A DNA stretch of 62,952 bases, filler included, from Octopus bimaculoides (GCF_001194135.2; 4 parts of 4 records of this genome joined end to end with filler, not necessarily neighbours in it), one strand, 5' to 3'. Positions 36,336 to 51,841 are shown, numbered from the whole stretch's first letter. Numbers and translations are program-made. Notes: generated from the sequence alone by a model not told the origin.

Positions 36336-37406
36336 ATTATGAAACTGCATCGGATAATGAAAGATCATGTACAGAGAAAGTGTCGTTAATGAATTCAGAT
36401 AATTATTTGAAACCTAAGTACAAAGTCAGAAATTTTGAGAGAAATGAGTTAGTCAGTTACATAGATTTCAGTATTGGATTGGTATTTCATTTAATCGACG
36501 CCGGTGGATGAAAGGCGAGGTGTGATTTGCACTTAGAACGTAAAAGGTCAGAACAAATCTAAGTTATTTTTTTCGATGCTGTAGCGATTCTGCCAATTCA
36601 TTTCGCTAAAGCTGCCTCGAATAATGATTTATAATTTATGAACAGTGACTGTAATATTTTGGGGGGAAAACTTAGTCGACACCATTAACACCAGAGGTTC
36701 GCTGGTGTTATACTTTATCGATCCCCAGAGACGAAAAAAGGCGAAATTGACCGCGGTAAGATTTGAACTCCGAATGCTAAACATAAAACGTTTTCCCACG
36801 TTGTAACCTTTCTTCCAGTTCGCTACTCTGTATTAAACAATTCTTTCTTTAAATTTTGGCATAAAACCAGCAAATCCCAGAGAGAGAAAGACGATCACTT
36901 CGACCCTAATCCTCCACAGATACTTGTTTTATTGACCCCTAAATGATGAAAGGCAAATTCAATTCACTGAAATTAGAACTCGAAACGTAAAGCGCAGAAG
37001 AAATGCCTGTATGCATTATCTCCGACACAGTAACTATTCTGCCTCCCTAGCGGCCTTTGATATTGATTTCAAATTTTGGCAAAAGCCCAGTAAATCTGGG
37101 AATTTTTTTTTTATTTTGAGCCCAACTTGTGTTCTTTTATACATATGCTACACTTGGAAACATCTCAGGGTTGGATTTGCAGTTTTTAATTGTATAGGGT
37201 ACTCATGTATATATGTACCTCTCAAGGTGAATATTTTGTTATATATACAGGTGTGTGCGAGTAGATATACATACTTACAGCGTTCTGCCAACAAACAAGA
37301 ACTAAGAGCTGCTTTGTCATGTAGGCTCATAACTAAATACCTAGCCAATCCTGGTGCCCTACATGTCGATACACCTAGATTCTAAAGAATCCTGTAACTG
37401 ATCTCG

Positions 37407-37474
<68 letters not shown>

Positions 37475-37475
37475 G

Positions 37476-37518
<43 letters not shown>

Positions 37519-37896
37519 NNNNNNNNNNNNNNNNNNNNNNNNNNNNNNNNNNNNNNNNNNNNNNNNNNNNNNNNNNNNNNNNNNNNNNNNNNNNNNNNNN
37601 NNNNNNNNNNNNNNNNNNNNNNNNNNNNNNNNNNNNNNNNNNNNNNNNNNNNNNNNNNNNNNNNNNNNNNNNNNNNNNNNNNNNNNNNNAGGGGCTTTGA
37701 AATGCAGGTACAACAGAAACAGGAAGAGAGAGTGAGAGAAAATTGTGGTACAGCAGGGCTCCCCACATCTCCTGCCAGAGTCTTGTTGAGTTTTAAGTGT
37801 TTTTGCTCAATAAACACTCGCAACGCCCGGTCTGGGAATCGAAACCGCGATCCTATGACCGCGAGTCCGCTACCCTAACCACTGGGCCGTTGCGCC

Positions 37897-37944
<48 letters not shown>

Positions 37945-40900
37945 CATACACATATATCCTAGTGTGTGTGTGCAAATATAGACTCGTCACAGAATTATAT
38001 ACTGCATTTTTTTTTATCACAATCTGTTTTTTTAAGACGATGTGTGCTTTGAATGCGTTTTTGGCTACTATTTCTAGCATGGCATTGAGCTTTATGAACC
38101 ACTTAACCTATAAATATCAGTTGTGTCCCTGGTACAGCTTTTAAAATCTTTTAAAAATTATGAAACATTGTTTATAATTATATCTTACAGAATTTTTAGA
38201 GGAAGAATAATTTTTGAAAATGTATTTTCCTAGAATTCACAAACGTAACTCTAAAAAAATAAAACGATTTAAGTTGATTCCAATATATTGCCGGCAATCC
38301 GTTTTCGAAGTTTTCTTTCAATGATTTTAATTTTCATAGTTTTAAAATTTTTATGAAATATTTATGCAATCCAAATCTAATTCATATTTCTATGTCTTTG
38401 TTTCTATGCAGTTGATATCTTAAAGGCAGGAGGGCGGAAGGGTGTCGTCGGGGGAGTTAATCAACTTTTCAGTTTGATTGCATGCTGAATCTATTTTAAT
38501 TTCCCCATCGGAAATTAATCTCCATTTCTAATATTTGTTCCTTTGGGCGCGATAGAATTATGAATTATTTCGAGGTGCCTGTGTTTAAATTTGGCCGCAC
38601 CGATAAGATTGAAGATTTGTGAAATCGCAAGCTTGCAATTGAGCCTCTGGCTAAGATATTTAAATTTCAATGATCTTATCTAATCTACAGAATGGTAAAT
38701 CTGGTACAGGAACCATTTCTAAACATTAGTAGCATTCTAAGATTCTCGATTGTTTATTTGCATTGCTAAGTTCAGTTCAACCTCTTATCGATATGATTAG
38801 AGGAGGATTAAGATCGCACTGATCAAATCTAGAAGTCAATAAAGCTGACTGACTATTGATGAAATCCAACGATCGATATTAATCATATATTCATTATATT
38901 CTGTCAGATGAAACACATCAATTAAATATATTAGAAACATGATTACATCAGGCTGAATTCTAACTTCTGAACAGATTTTAACAAATACATTTAAAAAATG
39001 TTTTAAAGGGATCAGACAATTAAAAGAAAAACAATAAGAATTTCAGTTGTTTTCGCTGACAGCTCCAAGCCATTTTCAATTTATCAGTCTCAGGATCAAA
39101 ATATGCTAACAATAATTCATTGTGTTCTTTTTTTTTATACGTAGTACATGTAGAATTATATTATACAATGTGTTCTTCAGTTGATAATGTATATGGTGGA
39201 ATAAGAGGGAACTTTCACCGGAATAGCTAGAAGTTCTGGCTTTTCATACGTTCGTATTATCTGATGTGTTACTATGTCAATCATTCGTGAAATTGAATGC
39301 GTTTGCTGGCTTGTACTGTCGTGTCTATCGAGAAGAAATGTAATCCTTTATGATCGTGTCAATGTGAAAACATCGGCTATCCTTAAATCCACATAACAAT
39401 ACAAACATGACGCAAGAATGGAACTGTTAATTGTTCCACCTGCAAGAAATATCAGGCTGTTATCTAACAAATTACACTGATAATTTCAATAAAAGAAAAG
39501 ACCCATTATACAATGTAGCCGTACACAAGCCTTGGCAGAAAGGCTGCTCAGAGATGGAATACCGTAATCTAACATCACGATCAATATTTGTTTGCGTTTA
39601 GCCAATTACAATAACAAGAACAAGTCCCCTAAATCTCCAAAGCACCACAACAACAAAAATACCACTACCTACAAAAACAGGTTGATTTAAATGTCGTTAA
39701 GTTTGGCAACAGGCTAGTAATGCACTGATATAGACAAAGATGGACGTGCTCGGTTCTTATTACCCTTATTTACCCTTGTGGCGAGGTAACAAATCTTGAT
39801 ACGAATACAAACTTACAAGCTGAATTACTGGCGTAGGTATTAATTTGCTAGACAAGACATTTCACTTCATCTCACCTACGCTACCAATGTCTCTAAAAGA
39901 AGGGTGAAATCCAGGATTATCCACCCATTTGATATCAACTTGCCTGGAACTATCTTTCACTCTATGATAATATTATCAGTTTTCACATGATCTAAATTGT
40001 AATCTTCTTTCAAATTTTCATGTTAATTTGCGTTTCAAACACCTGTTTCATAATGGCAAAGTTAATTTACTAAGTACTTCATTATTTTCAAATCTAAATG
40101 AAACTGAGACAGCGTATTTCTGCAGGAATATTGTAACAAGATTTTTAAAACATACTGCGTTTATAATTAGTCCAAAACCAAAAACAATGTTACTAAATTC
40201 TTGTCGCTGTTGCTTTAGTTTAGCCACAGTTCAATTCTTCGCAAACAAACTTGTAATGAAAGTTATTCCAACCGTGAACATCCCGTTAAGACCGCATAGA
40301 GTAATTTGAGAGACGTCTAGCAGTTTGAATGACCACATTGCGGTCTTCTTCATTTGCTTATCCTCCTAGAATGTAATTCTGACTACAAATCTTATAAATC
40401 CAGCTATAATTAAGACATCACCTCGCAGTCCTGATGCAGCTAATTCTGTCAATTAAACGCCAAAGTGGCAGATGTATTAATAATTAATGAAGGATGATTA
40501 ATTTCCGATGTAGAAATCGTGGCATTTAAAAACAATGTGAGCATGCATTATTAATTAGTTTTTCAAATATCTTATTAGTGCGTAATCATACAAAAAAATG
40601 AAGTGATAAAATGCAATGACAAGAATTGCAGCATTTAATTTTTCAGTAATTAAAATAAAGGGTGTTAAACTGTGTGCGGTAAATCATTACCATAATTTAC
40701 CAAACTATACACTACCATGCTCCTTATATCGTCAAACATTTTTTTTTTCGTATCAGACTAACGATAAGATCGTTATTGCCGCTATAATGAATCGACTGGC
40801 ATGACCTTTATTATTTTCCGAATGACCTGCATTGATCAGAGGATTTACTTATAACATGGGCTTTTAAAAATAGTATCTCCTTAAGAGCGAAGCAAATTGC

Positions 40901-40966
40901 TTTTATTAATTTCAATATCTTCGTAACGAGGAAAGCGAAGTCCCCATGACATTTATAAATTCTCAG

Positions 40967-41157
40967 GGAGACCGGTGCTATTGACAAGGCTCATGATCAG
41001 TTTTCGTCTTCTACGAAGGGGAATCTACAGGAAAAATTGAGATGTCAAGGAATTTTAAGCAGGAGTCTTTATAGCGATAATGGAATAGCCGTAGTCATGT
41101 TGAAATCTTTGCTACTGAAAACAACTAACTTGAAGAATTCTATCGTATTGACGATAG
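40967..41157 (+). CDS. Candidate orphan internal exon: ETGAIDKAHDQFSSSTKGNLQEKLRCQGILSRSLYSDNGIAVVMLKSLLLKTTNLKNSIVLTI
   Basis: ttctcAG acceptor, G|GTAAGA donor, 191 nt open in one frame. No recognisable homology and no partner exon found. Confidence 0.2.
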
Positions 41158-43105
41158 GTAAGATTTTTTTCTAAAAGTTACTACCTTATACCACTAAAAA
41201 GAACATTAATAGTAATGAGGCTGCCTCTGATAGTTGGCACTCAATTTGTTGCCACGACGGGAGTTCCAGTTGTTCCAGCATGCTCGTGAAATTAACATGC
41301 AAGTGGCCGAACATTCCACAGGCATGCGCACCCTTCACCTAGTTCTCAGGGAGTTTCAGCATGACACAGAATGTGTCACGGTTGTTCGTTCAACAAGTCT
41401 CTCCGCAGTAAATAATTTTCATCCTGCGCATCACCATGGCGCTACTTCAAGGGTTTTTCAGTGAACGGATTATTTCGAAGAGAGTTTTTGTGGGGAGCAA
41501 GGAAAGGATCAGTGTACAAAAATCGCCCGAAAACCATCAGATACTAACTGCGGAGAGACTTTCTGAAAATCCTGTATATAATACCTTTACATTGTAAATG
41601 ATCATTTTTGTTGTTGTTGCTGTCGTTTTTGTTGTTGTTGTTGTTCTGTTTCCGATTCCGTTCCTGTGAGTACTGTAAACATTTTAAGCCAACAGGCAGC
41701 AACATTTTAATAACTTCAATATGTTCATCGAAGGGTACTATTTATGGCAGTTTTATAGTTTTATTATCAGCTTGCGTATACAGTCACTCATTAGTGCATT
41801 GAATAAATGCACAATAATCGATTTTAGTTAAATCTCTCGTGTGGTTTCGCACAGTAGCAGTATGTTTAACAACGACGACGACAATGACGGCGTCGGCGAT
41901 GATGATAACCATGATGAAGATGATGCTACTGAAGACACGAAATGACATCTTTTAAATATATTTACGGTACTTGAACAATAGTGACCCAAATTTCAACTCA
42001 GTCACGCATTTACAATCAATAGATTCTTTCAATGTGGTAGCGTGCAGTATATATTCTTATAAAATTACAAGAAGCTACACACAGAAATAAATGAATACAT
42101 AAGTAAATAAATATATATATAAATAAATAAATAAAAGCATCCACTGCGAATCTCCAAAGTAATTTACACTTTTATATTCCCTTACGCCTATTGTTAGCGC
42201 CATAATCTAACTTAGATGATGACAGTTGTTTTTCGTTTGAGCTGTTCATTACAAATGAAATGTTAACGCATTTGTCCTTGATTTTTATTGATTTTTCCTT
42301 TTTTTTTTTTTTGCCTTGTAGTTTTGTAGTTTTTGACAAATATATAATGACACATTTGAACACAAATAAGTAAATATGCAGTGAAATAAAAACAGAATCC
42401 TTTGAAACGCAAATTCTCTGCGAAAACATTTAAGAAAACAATTTTAAGTTACATGTATAGAAGAAATATTCGCAAAAGAAAGAGAATAACGTTAATATAC
42501 ATGATACAATACTTTTGAAATTAACGAAACTTATTGTTTGTAGTTTCAAGGAAAAGTTTTAGCTGCAAAAAATTTGGAATATATTTTTTCAATTAGAAGA
42601 AACATCAAAAGATATACGCACACTTATGAAATTGCAGGATCTGTAGAAGAGAAAGAAAATAGAAACCATTAAGTAGCTCCATCGATTAAATATTCACTTC
42701 TATGCTAAAGTTGTTTCATTTTTGCAAAGCAGTGGCAGGAAATATTTGCACAGTTATGGATGTGAAGTTAGAAAGTTCGCCCTAAACCAAACAGCTTCGG
42801 TCTCGAATCCTTGCGAGACAATCTTCTTAGCTTTGTAAAATGTTACGCGTTTAATAATATTTTGTGAGAAGAAAATTTGCTAGAAAGAAACAGTATGGGA
42901 ATCTACTCTCTTTTTCTTGTTTCAGTCATTTGACTGTGGCCATGCTGGAGCACCGACTTTAGTCGAGCAAATCGACCCCAGGAGTAATTCTTTGTAAGCC
43001 TAGTACTTATTCTATAGGTCTGTTTTGCAGAACCACTAAGTTACGGGGACGTAAACACAACAGCATCGGTTGTCAAGCGATGTTGGCGGGACAAATACAC
43101 CCCCC

Positions 43106-43136
<31 letters not shown>

Positions 43137-44835
43137 GTGTATATACACGACGGGCTTCTTTAAGTTTCTGTCTACTAAATCCACCCTCAAGGCTTTGGTC
43201 GGCCCGAGGCTATAGTTGAAGACACTTGCCCAAGGTGCCACGCAGTGGGACTGAACCCGGAACCACACAGCCACCCCTATGCCTACTGTATAGATAAAGA
43301 CAGACAAGCAGACAGATAGATAGATAACTGTCTTTATTGGCCACAGAGGGAACAGATACAAATGTAGAGAATTTGGTTTCGTTAATTTCTAGGCCCAAGT
43401 TATTTCCTGCAGATGATTCCCCAAAAAGAGTGAAATATTCGTTATTCGTGACTATCACTAATTTTGAGAAGTTTATCCCGTGGATAGGATGACATAGAAA
43501 TGTATACATGTTCTTCACTGTTTAATGTAATACAGATGCAAATTCCTCAACATGCTAAATGCGTTAAGCGATAAGTGATTCTTTCCTCATCGATAACAGC
43601 TGCAGTCAACCCCGTGCCCGCATATATGTATAATAATATAAATAATATATAAATATATGCATATATCCATACATATATGTACATACCTACATCTATATGT
43701 ATCCATACATGCATATGTGGGTACAGGACATCACAAAAACACGTTAAACACAATGATAAACGAAAACACACACACACATATACATGTGTATGTGTGTGTT
43801 AGTGTGTATCAATACGTGTGTATAGGGAAGGAGAGAGACAGAGATGAACAGGTAGTCTCGACTATTTTAGACTTATNNNNNNNNNNNNNNNNNNNNNNNN
43901 NNNNNNNNNNNNNNNNNNNNNNNNNNNNNNNNNNNNNNNNNNNNNNNNNNNNNNNNNNATATATATATATATATAATGCAGCTATTTCTTTTACTAATTA
44001 CATCACATTGTAATATACATCTTTAGCTACTAGAAGCAATGTCCAAATGTACTGAGAAGACTGCAAGTGTATACATATATACATACATACTTACACACAC
44101 ACATATACATGTGTATGTGTGTGTTAGTGTGTATCAATACGTGTGTATAGGGAAGGAGAGAGACAGAGATGAACAGGTAGTCTCGACTATTTTAGACTTA
44201 TCTATTTTATTTCATTCTCTAAACAAGCATAATTATTGTTAACTTTCGAAATCGAGCATATTAAATCAAACGTCTACCAATAATAACATTTAAATTCATA
44301 CAAATATTATTGATTTTACCGATTCTACTTTCTATAAGTGTCTTAACCTTAAATATTATTTGTGCACAGTCAATCAATATTCAGATAGATAGATCTAGAT
44401 CGATATGTATATATATATATATATATATATATNNNNNNNNNNNNNNNNNNNNNNNNNNNNNNNNNNNNNNNNNNNNNNNNNNNNNNNNNNNNNNNNNNNN
44501 NNNNNNNNNNNNNNNNNNNNNNNNNNNNNNNNNNNNNNNNNNNNNNNNNNNNNNNNNNNNNNNNNNNNNNNNNNNNNNNNNNNNNNNNNNNNNNNNNNNN
44601 NNNNNNNNNNNNNNNNNNNNNNNNNNNNNNNNNNNNNNNNNNNNNNNNNNNNNNNNNNNNNNNNNNNNNNNNNNNNNNNNNNNNNNNNNNNNNNNNNNNN
44701 NNNNNNNNNNNNNNNNNNNNNNNNNNNNNNNNNNNNNNNNNNNNNNNNNNNNNNNNNNNNNNNNNNNNNNNNNNNNNNNNNNNNNNNTATATATATATAT
44801 ATATTGGTTTGCATGGTGCGTATTCTGTTGTGTTT

Positions 44836-45195
44836 GGAGGCGCAATGGCCCAGTGGTTAGGGCAGCGGATTTGCGGTCATAGGATCGCAGTTTCGATTCC
44901 CAGACCGGGCGTTGTGAGTGTTTGTTGAGGCTCCGGCAGGGGATGGTGGCGGACCCTGCTGTACTCTTTCACCACAACTTTCTCTCACTCTTACTTCCTG
45001 TTTCTGTTGTGCCTGTAATTCAAAGGGTTAGCCTTGTCACACTGTGTCACGCTGAATATCCCCGAGAACTACGTTAAGTGTACACGCGTCTGTGTCGCGC
45101 GCAGCCACTTGCACCTTAATTTCACGAGAAGGCTGTTCCGTTTATCGGATCAACTGGAACCCTCGACGTCGTAAGCGACGGAGTGCCAACAAAAC
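44836..45195 (+). mobile_element. tRNA-derived SINE (ggaggcgcaatggcccagtggttagggc family); other copies 37690-37896(-), 41250-41375(-), 57800-58030(+)
   Basis: A box TGGCCCAGTGG, B box GTTTCGATTCC, body shared with 57800-58030, (CAA)n tail. Confidence 0.8.
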
Positions 45196-45993
45196 AATTC
45201 TGTTTTGAGATCAACACTGATTTAACTGCGCATTGAATTAGCCTGCAAGTGGATGTGTATTTTACAGACACATGCATCCTTATACAATTCTTTATATAAG
45301 CAAACTTCATTGCTATCTGGCTATACTAAACCATACGTGTAGATATGTATTTTGAAATATGAATAATGCAGCATATGTAATACGTAAACAACGAGTGATG
45401 TTGCGAAAAAAACATTGGATATGCTCTTCACTAAATATGCAAGCGTTAAGTATGAAGCGGATATCGGTGAGGGTTGTTTCTTCCTCCATAAATGTTACGA
45501 ATGTATTTGCGATGAGAATACGTATTCACTTGTATATTCAACACTGAATTAACTTGTCGTTGAAGTATTCTGCAAGCGACTGTGCATTCCACACACACAC
45601 ACACACCTACACACACATACAAACATACACATAAACATATATATATACACATACATATACAAAGTAAAAGGGAGAGAGAGAGAGAGAGAGAGAAATTCGA
45701 AAAGCAAATTTCAAACTAGTGAAGCGAAGTGTAGGAGAACTTAAGAAGCAAAATGCACAGAAATGTTTGCGGCTGAAGATAGCTTTAAACGATCCATTAT
45801 ATCAACAATATATACTGATGTAATGGCAGTTTGTGTATAAATCTTGAAACACGTGTACTGCGATATCCCTTGTGTTCTGTATTCAATTTGCGTNNNNNNN
45901 NNNNNNNNNNNNNNNNNNNNNNNNNNNNNNNNNNNNNTTAATTAATTAANNNNNNNNNNNNNNNNNNNNNNNNNNNNNNNNNNNNNNNNNNNN

Positions 45994-46036
<43 letters not shown>

Positions 46037-46146
46037 GTCGATATGTACACATGCACACGCATAAATAGATGTATATATATACATATACATATGTACATAT
46101 ATATGTGTGTATGTATATATATATGTATATATATATATACATACAC

Positions 46147-46192
<46 letters not shown>

Positions 46193-47599
46193 ATGTATGC
46201 ATATATGCATACATATATATACGTATATATATACTACATATATATATATTATATATATATGTATATATATATACATATATACATACACACATATATACAT
46301 ATATATATACGTAAATATATATTCGTATATATTTATATATACATGTAGCATATACACCACGCTTACACCCTCATATACAAGCATACTACATGCAGATCTA
46401 TTACACACATACATTTGCATATTACCTATAACATTTATTAACAAAAGAAGCTATTTACTGAAACGTTTTGCCGATACCGATTCAAAACAGACTGTTTTAA
46501 GAAGCTATTATTAGTGAAACTTTGATGCAAAAATTGATAATAAATATTACTTTGGCTCTGTAGCCATTATTGTGTCCTTTCATCGGTGCATGAATAGTCT
46601 ATACAAATGCACAAGCCTATAAAACAAACGATTAGATATTATGATGATTGCCGTCTCCTTGTGTTTCCTCGTTGTCAATGATCTTTCTGTGTTGTCATCC
46701 ATTATTTCTCAGATGTCTGTTCACTCACGTTGCATAATTCGAAGTATAGGTGACAGACTAAAGTCGTAACTTATTGTGCGCTTCCAGCTGGTTAAGTCTG
46801 CATACGTCACGATTCTTTCATCACCATAGCACTTTCATTAGATGACATGACAAATGAGGCTACTATAAAGAGACATCTGCCTGTCATTGGATTATAGTAA
46901 TAAACGCTCGTACAATACGCGCATCAGTTTCCGAGTGTCTGTGATTAGTACCTAGTGACAGGCCGAATGGAGACGACTACTAATCAGATGAAACCACAGA
47001 TTTTACATTAGTGTCCCTCTCTTAAAAGGATGCTGTGAGAACAGCTAGAGGTCTCTCACCCCAGTGGTTTTACTGCGCGCCCTAACACTAACCAAGAGTG
47101 CCGATGATTGCTCTGCCAGAGAGTGCCCCGTTATGACTGATGGTATTTTGATACCTATTGCCTTAAACGAGAATTTTCTTCATGGCAAAACATGTCTGTG
47201 TGTGCAAGACTCTGTGTGTGCAAGACTCTGTGTGTGCAAGACTGTGTGTGCAAGGTGCAAGACTCTGTGTGTGCTAGACTCTCTGTGTGTGTGTGTGAGA
47301 GAGTTATACATACAGGTTTGTGCGTGAGTATAAACACAGGAATATACCTTTCTGTCATATTGTATCGTGTGTGTATGTGTATCTTTGTGTATATGATACG
47401 AATTTTGCTTGGTTGGGTGTAATTTTCGGTTGATTCTGTGTGTGTGTGTATGTGTGTGTGTGTGCGTGTGAGCGCGTGATCATGTAGACGTGTATATATT
47501 AGTAGCGTTTGTGAAAGTGAGGCGCGCATGCGTGTGCGTATACAGTGTGCGCGTGAGTAGGGGGTTGTTAAAATAAGTGCTAAGATTCGTGGATATTTT

Positions 47600-47950
47600 G
47601 TTAGATAAATGTAACATGCAGGATATGGCGTATATGTGTGTATGAGTAAGTGTGTGCGGGCAGTTTGAGAGTCGGGGGATGTCTACGGGGATATTGAATA
47701 ACGCCGAAAAGGTGTGGGCTTGGAGGAAAACTAAAACGACATTCTCTGTGAAGCCTGGAGTTCGTGGATCTGGTGTGTAAGATCAAGCCAAATACGATTA
47801 ATTGTAGTAGCGAGTGGTCCGCGGAGCGGAAGTAGCGAGAGCCCGAACGCTGGTTTCCGGGTTGGATGTGAAGATTTCGTGAATCAGCCAACGAAGTGGC
47901 GGATGGTTTGATCTATGTACAAAGCATTGCAGAAAGAGCATCTAAGGAGG
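47600..47950. promoter_or_regulatory. CpG-rich unique segment with ETS-like motifs; possible promoter or first exon
   Basis: Locally GC/CpG-rich, with GCGGAAGT at 47826-47833 and TTCCGG at 47855-47860. No linked coding exon was identified. Confidence 0.2.
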
Positions 47951-49001
47951 TAAAGAAATCAGAAATCTGGAAGGTGCCGTGGTTTGATAATGTGAGGGAT
48001 GTGGGGGTTGGTGAGAAACAGACAGGTATTGCAACGGTGCTGGGAATGGGGGTAAGATTCCGGAAAATGAAAGAGGGAAGGGGAGAAAGGTAGGGAGGTA
48101 CGGGAAAATAAGTCACGTGGACTGCGGACACATTTGAACGAAGGGAGTGATAGATTATGCTGAGGGTTATGTTTATGTATTTACCAAGTGTCACATAATT
48201 TTTTCTTTTCAGATTTAAACATGTTTAACTGTAGCATTTATGTGTGTATATAAACATATTTATACACACACACACACATATATATATGTATGAAATTTAA
48301 CATATAGAAATAAACTTGTATATCCCATCAGAATCTGTATCGGCCCCGATCAGTGGATCAAGAAGTCACATGTTATACAACTCCCCAACCAGTGAAGCTA
48401 GAGGCAGTCACAATACCCACGGTGGCAGGTCAAAAAGTCGCCGATATTACTTGAAGTTTTCACATCATTTGAATAAAGGTTAGTGTAAAACAAATCAACA
48501 GTAACCACGTATTAACAACAATTACACTAACACTACTAACGTAAGCAGCAACAAAACTATCACAACATCACCATTATCACTAATATCAGCAACACCACTG
48601 CCACAACACTAACAACACAAAAACAATTCCATCATCACCACCAATCCCAATAATAACAATTATAAGTCATCGGGGGAATCTTTATGTTGTTCAATTTCCT
48701 AGAAACAGCAACCAAGTTTGCCAGAATTCACATTTCAGTGTCTTTTAAATAAAAACGAGAGAAAAAATCTCATAAAATAACCCTTTCTACTTTAGGCACA
48801 AGACTTGAAGTCTTAGGGGAAGAAGCTAATCGATTTTATCGACCCCAGTGTTCAACTGGTACTTATTTTATTGACCCCGAAAGAACGAAAAGTAAAGTTA
48901 GACACGGCAGAATTTGAACTCAGGACGTAAAGACAGGCTAAAAGGCAGTTAAGAATTTTGTTTGGCGCGCTAACGGTTCTGCCAAATCACCGCCTTGTAT
49001 G

Positions 49002-49068
<67 letters not shown>

Positions 49069-51113
49069 GGGCTCATAAAATAACATAGTCTTGGATATCC
49101 TAGCCATGGCTGGTACGCCTCAGTTTGTAAATCAACAGAATTTGGTTCTACCGAAGCTAAATTACAACTCCAATAACATTTATAACAACTACACAAACAT
49201 CAAACAATAACAAAGACATCGACGAATTAGTGGTACTGGTGGTTGAGGCGGAATTCTACAGGCTTCGTGATGTATTCTTCACTATAAAATCTAGATAAAT
49301 ATGGTGAATATATGTGAACCTAGAAACACATGTATATTGTATTATATTAACATACTGGAGTTAACATTTTAAAATTTGAATGTCAGTTAATTTTCAAGGT
49401 TTTTGGCATTTGACAGAATAATATGCAATAAAAATAAAATTAAACCAATAAGAATTAATTTTTACTAATTCTAAAAATATTTAACTTGTTTATATTTAAT
49501 GCCACAAACGGTATGTATGTCTAAAGTAAATTTTCATATTTAAGGTTCAACTATAATCTGACATATCGAACTTGATATCATTGATGTAATACGTATGTGT
49601 TTACTTAAAATGTTACCCATAGCAAATTTTGATCAGTTCAAATATCAGGTTAAATAACACTTGTGAAGTTTTATAAATACTACATAAAACATCTTATAAA
49701 TGTGGATTCAACTTTATGCATTTTGGTATTAAACTTTTCAATCATAAAACTATGTTATCAACCAATAAACTCTCGCGATAGACTTTTTTTTCTTCATTTT
49801 ATCTAGTTTCAGCTCATGAGCTGTGGCCATGCTGGGGCACCGCCATTTGGACTTACATATCATTTTCTAATATGTAATGTACTTCAATGTTTGTAGTGAA
49901 AGTCATTCCACGTCACTTGCTTTGTCATCTCTTTTGAACGTAATCACCATTTCTTCGACAGTTTACAGTGTTCTGTTGGTTGCTAACTCAGAGCCGGTTG
50001 CAGTAAGATTAGGGTTTTAAACTTTTGCCCCTGGGCTTTATTGATCATCATAGAATAAGAGAGCCGCAGTTGATATTGGATCCTTTGTATCGCAAGGGGA
50101 ATGTCAGCATCACTAAGATTTCATCTAATTTTAAGAGTGAGCACTCTAGAGCTTGTAGGTGAACCATCTATCAATGATGCTTCCAGACTATTTTCATGTA
50201 ACCGGAGTGTCTTCATAGGTGTTCTATTACTCAGTCCTTGACTAGTAGAGATTACAAAATAGCATCACGATGTCGTCATGTATTTAGTTTAGATGATGGA
50301 AAAATATGTCAAAAGGGTGTAAGCGGTGGGGGGGGGATATGGGTTTCATTGTTGCAAGAAAAAGAATCGATGTCTAGATGTGTTTTGTGTTTTGATGGAA
50401 GTCTATTTAAATTTTCGTTTAAAGTAGGTCACTTGGCATCTTTAGGGAATAAAGTCACTCTTAGCTCCATTTCCTGCGATTTCAGTAACCAATGGCTCAT
50501 TTCAATAACATACTGCAGGAATATTAATTACATCTGCTCAACATCATTTAGAGTACTGGGAGACGCTACCACTTCCAAGTTGAAGTCGTTTAGAAAACTT
50601 TTGTTCGTTCATATTTGCTTTTATATTCTGAGTTAGCTTAAGTTGTTAAAAATAATATCACACGTTAAACCATTTGCTGTCTGTATTTACTTCAGCAGCT
50701 GAAGTAACCAGAGGATCAACGAGGAGAATTTAATTGAAACCATTCTTCCAAAAGGATAATATTAGCACCGAATACAGATTCACTTTCTATTATGTCTTGT
50801 AAGCAATTATCAATTACAATGCCACAAAGTACGATCTTATTGATGTTTCATTAACGATTAAATTTTTTTTACTGTTCTTAGGTTATTAACTCGTTTAGAG
50901 TTAGATGCAACATTACAAACGCTTTTTGTCGGAGATACTGTGATAAGTGATAAAAGTGTTGTGGCCCCGCCTGTCCATGCATTTGTAGATGTAGCGAAAT
51001 GGACGTGCAAAATGTTGAGTTGTTACGTTTTTCTTGGTCTATTCGATGCATTTGAATAAAAACATCTTTTATAATTCTGTTCTCTCTCTAGATACAGTGT
51101 TCGTCATTTCACG

Positions 51114-51841
51114 TTATTCGATACCTAAGCAATTGAGGCAGTGTGGATTGCGTCGAAGAGTGTTTTCATTTATTGACGAGTCACCTGTTGGTTCAGGAAA
51201 GCCAAGCGCTACACCGGATGTTCCACTTCGGAAAGAAAAAGTTCTGGCATTGTCCATTCCCCGCTCAAATAGATCTTCATGTATCATCATTGCTCTGACT
51301 ATTCCTCGAAAATGTAGACACTTCTCACCTAAACGGAATCCCTGCTGAAACAAATGCATCTATTTATTGTTTTGTCCTAAATTTATCTTGATCACGTCTC
51401 ATTAGAGACATCTGGCAGTGTGGAAACTCTCTCCTGCTTTAATTCAATGTCATAACCAACAGCCACTAGCATAGTAGACCATATTTGACCCATCAACTCA
51501 TTAAGATGAGACTTGTAGACACACTACCCCAAGTTAGGTCTGTTGTAAGCTGTTTCTGATAGACGAAAGGTCCTAGTTTTTTCTGTGCATACATCAAAAT
51601 ATTGGACCCTTTTATCAGTGTTGGCCGCTCTCTGACAAATTTTGGTCGAGCCTGTGGAAGTGGAAATATCCGACGTTCTTAGCCCTCGGACTACACTGCT
51701 CATTGCCATCGGGCAGAGCTGGCCATTCGCAAGTACGAGCTCCGTGAGTCGGAATAACTGTTCCAGCGCATCTTCTTCACCATCGTCTGGGGCAATGCCT
51801 TTTCCATTTTGTCCGCCGGGACCATGAGACAGACTTGACAC
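51114..51841 (-). pseudogene. Decayed intronless coding-like sequence (~240 codons, 2 in-frame TAG, 1 frameshift); possibly a LINE ORF1/gag with a terminal CxxC
   Basis: The frame of ORF 51524-51841 stays open for 43 codons past its TAG (CVYKSHLNELMGQIWSTML...). It then shifts to DVIKINLGQNNK*MHLFQQGFRLGEKCLHF...RRNPHCLNCLGIE. Confidence 0.45.

Noticed and set aside
43768-44201. Exact ~109 bp direct duplication (43768-43876 and 44093-44201) flanking a gap
   Set aside because: Most likely an overlapping contig-end or assembly artefact next to the N-run.
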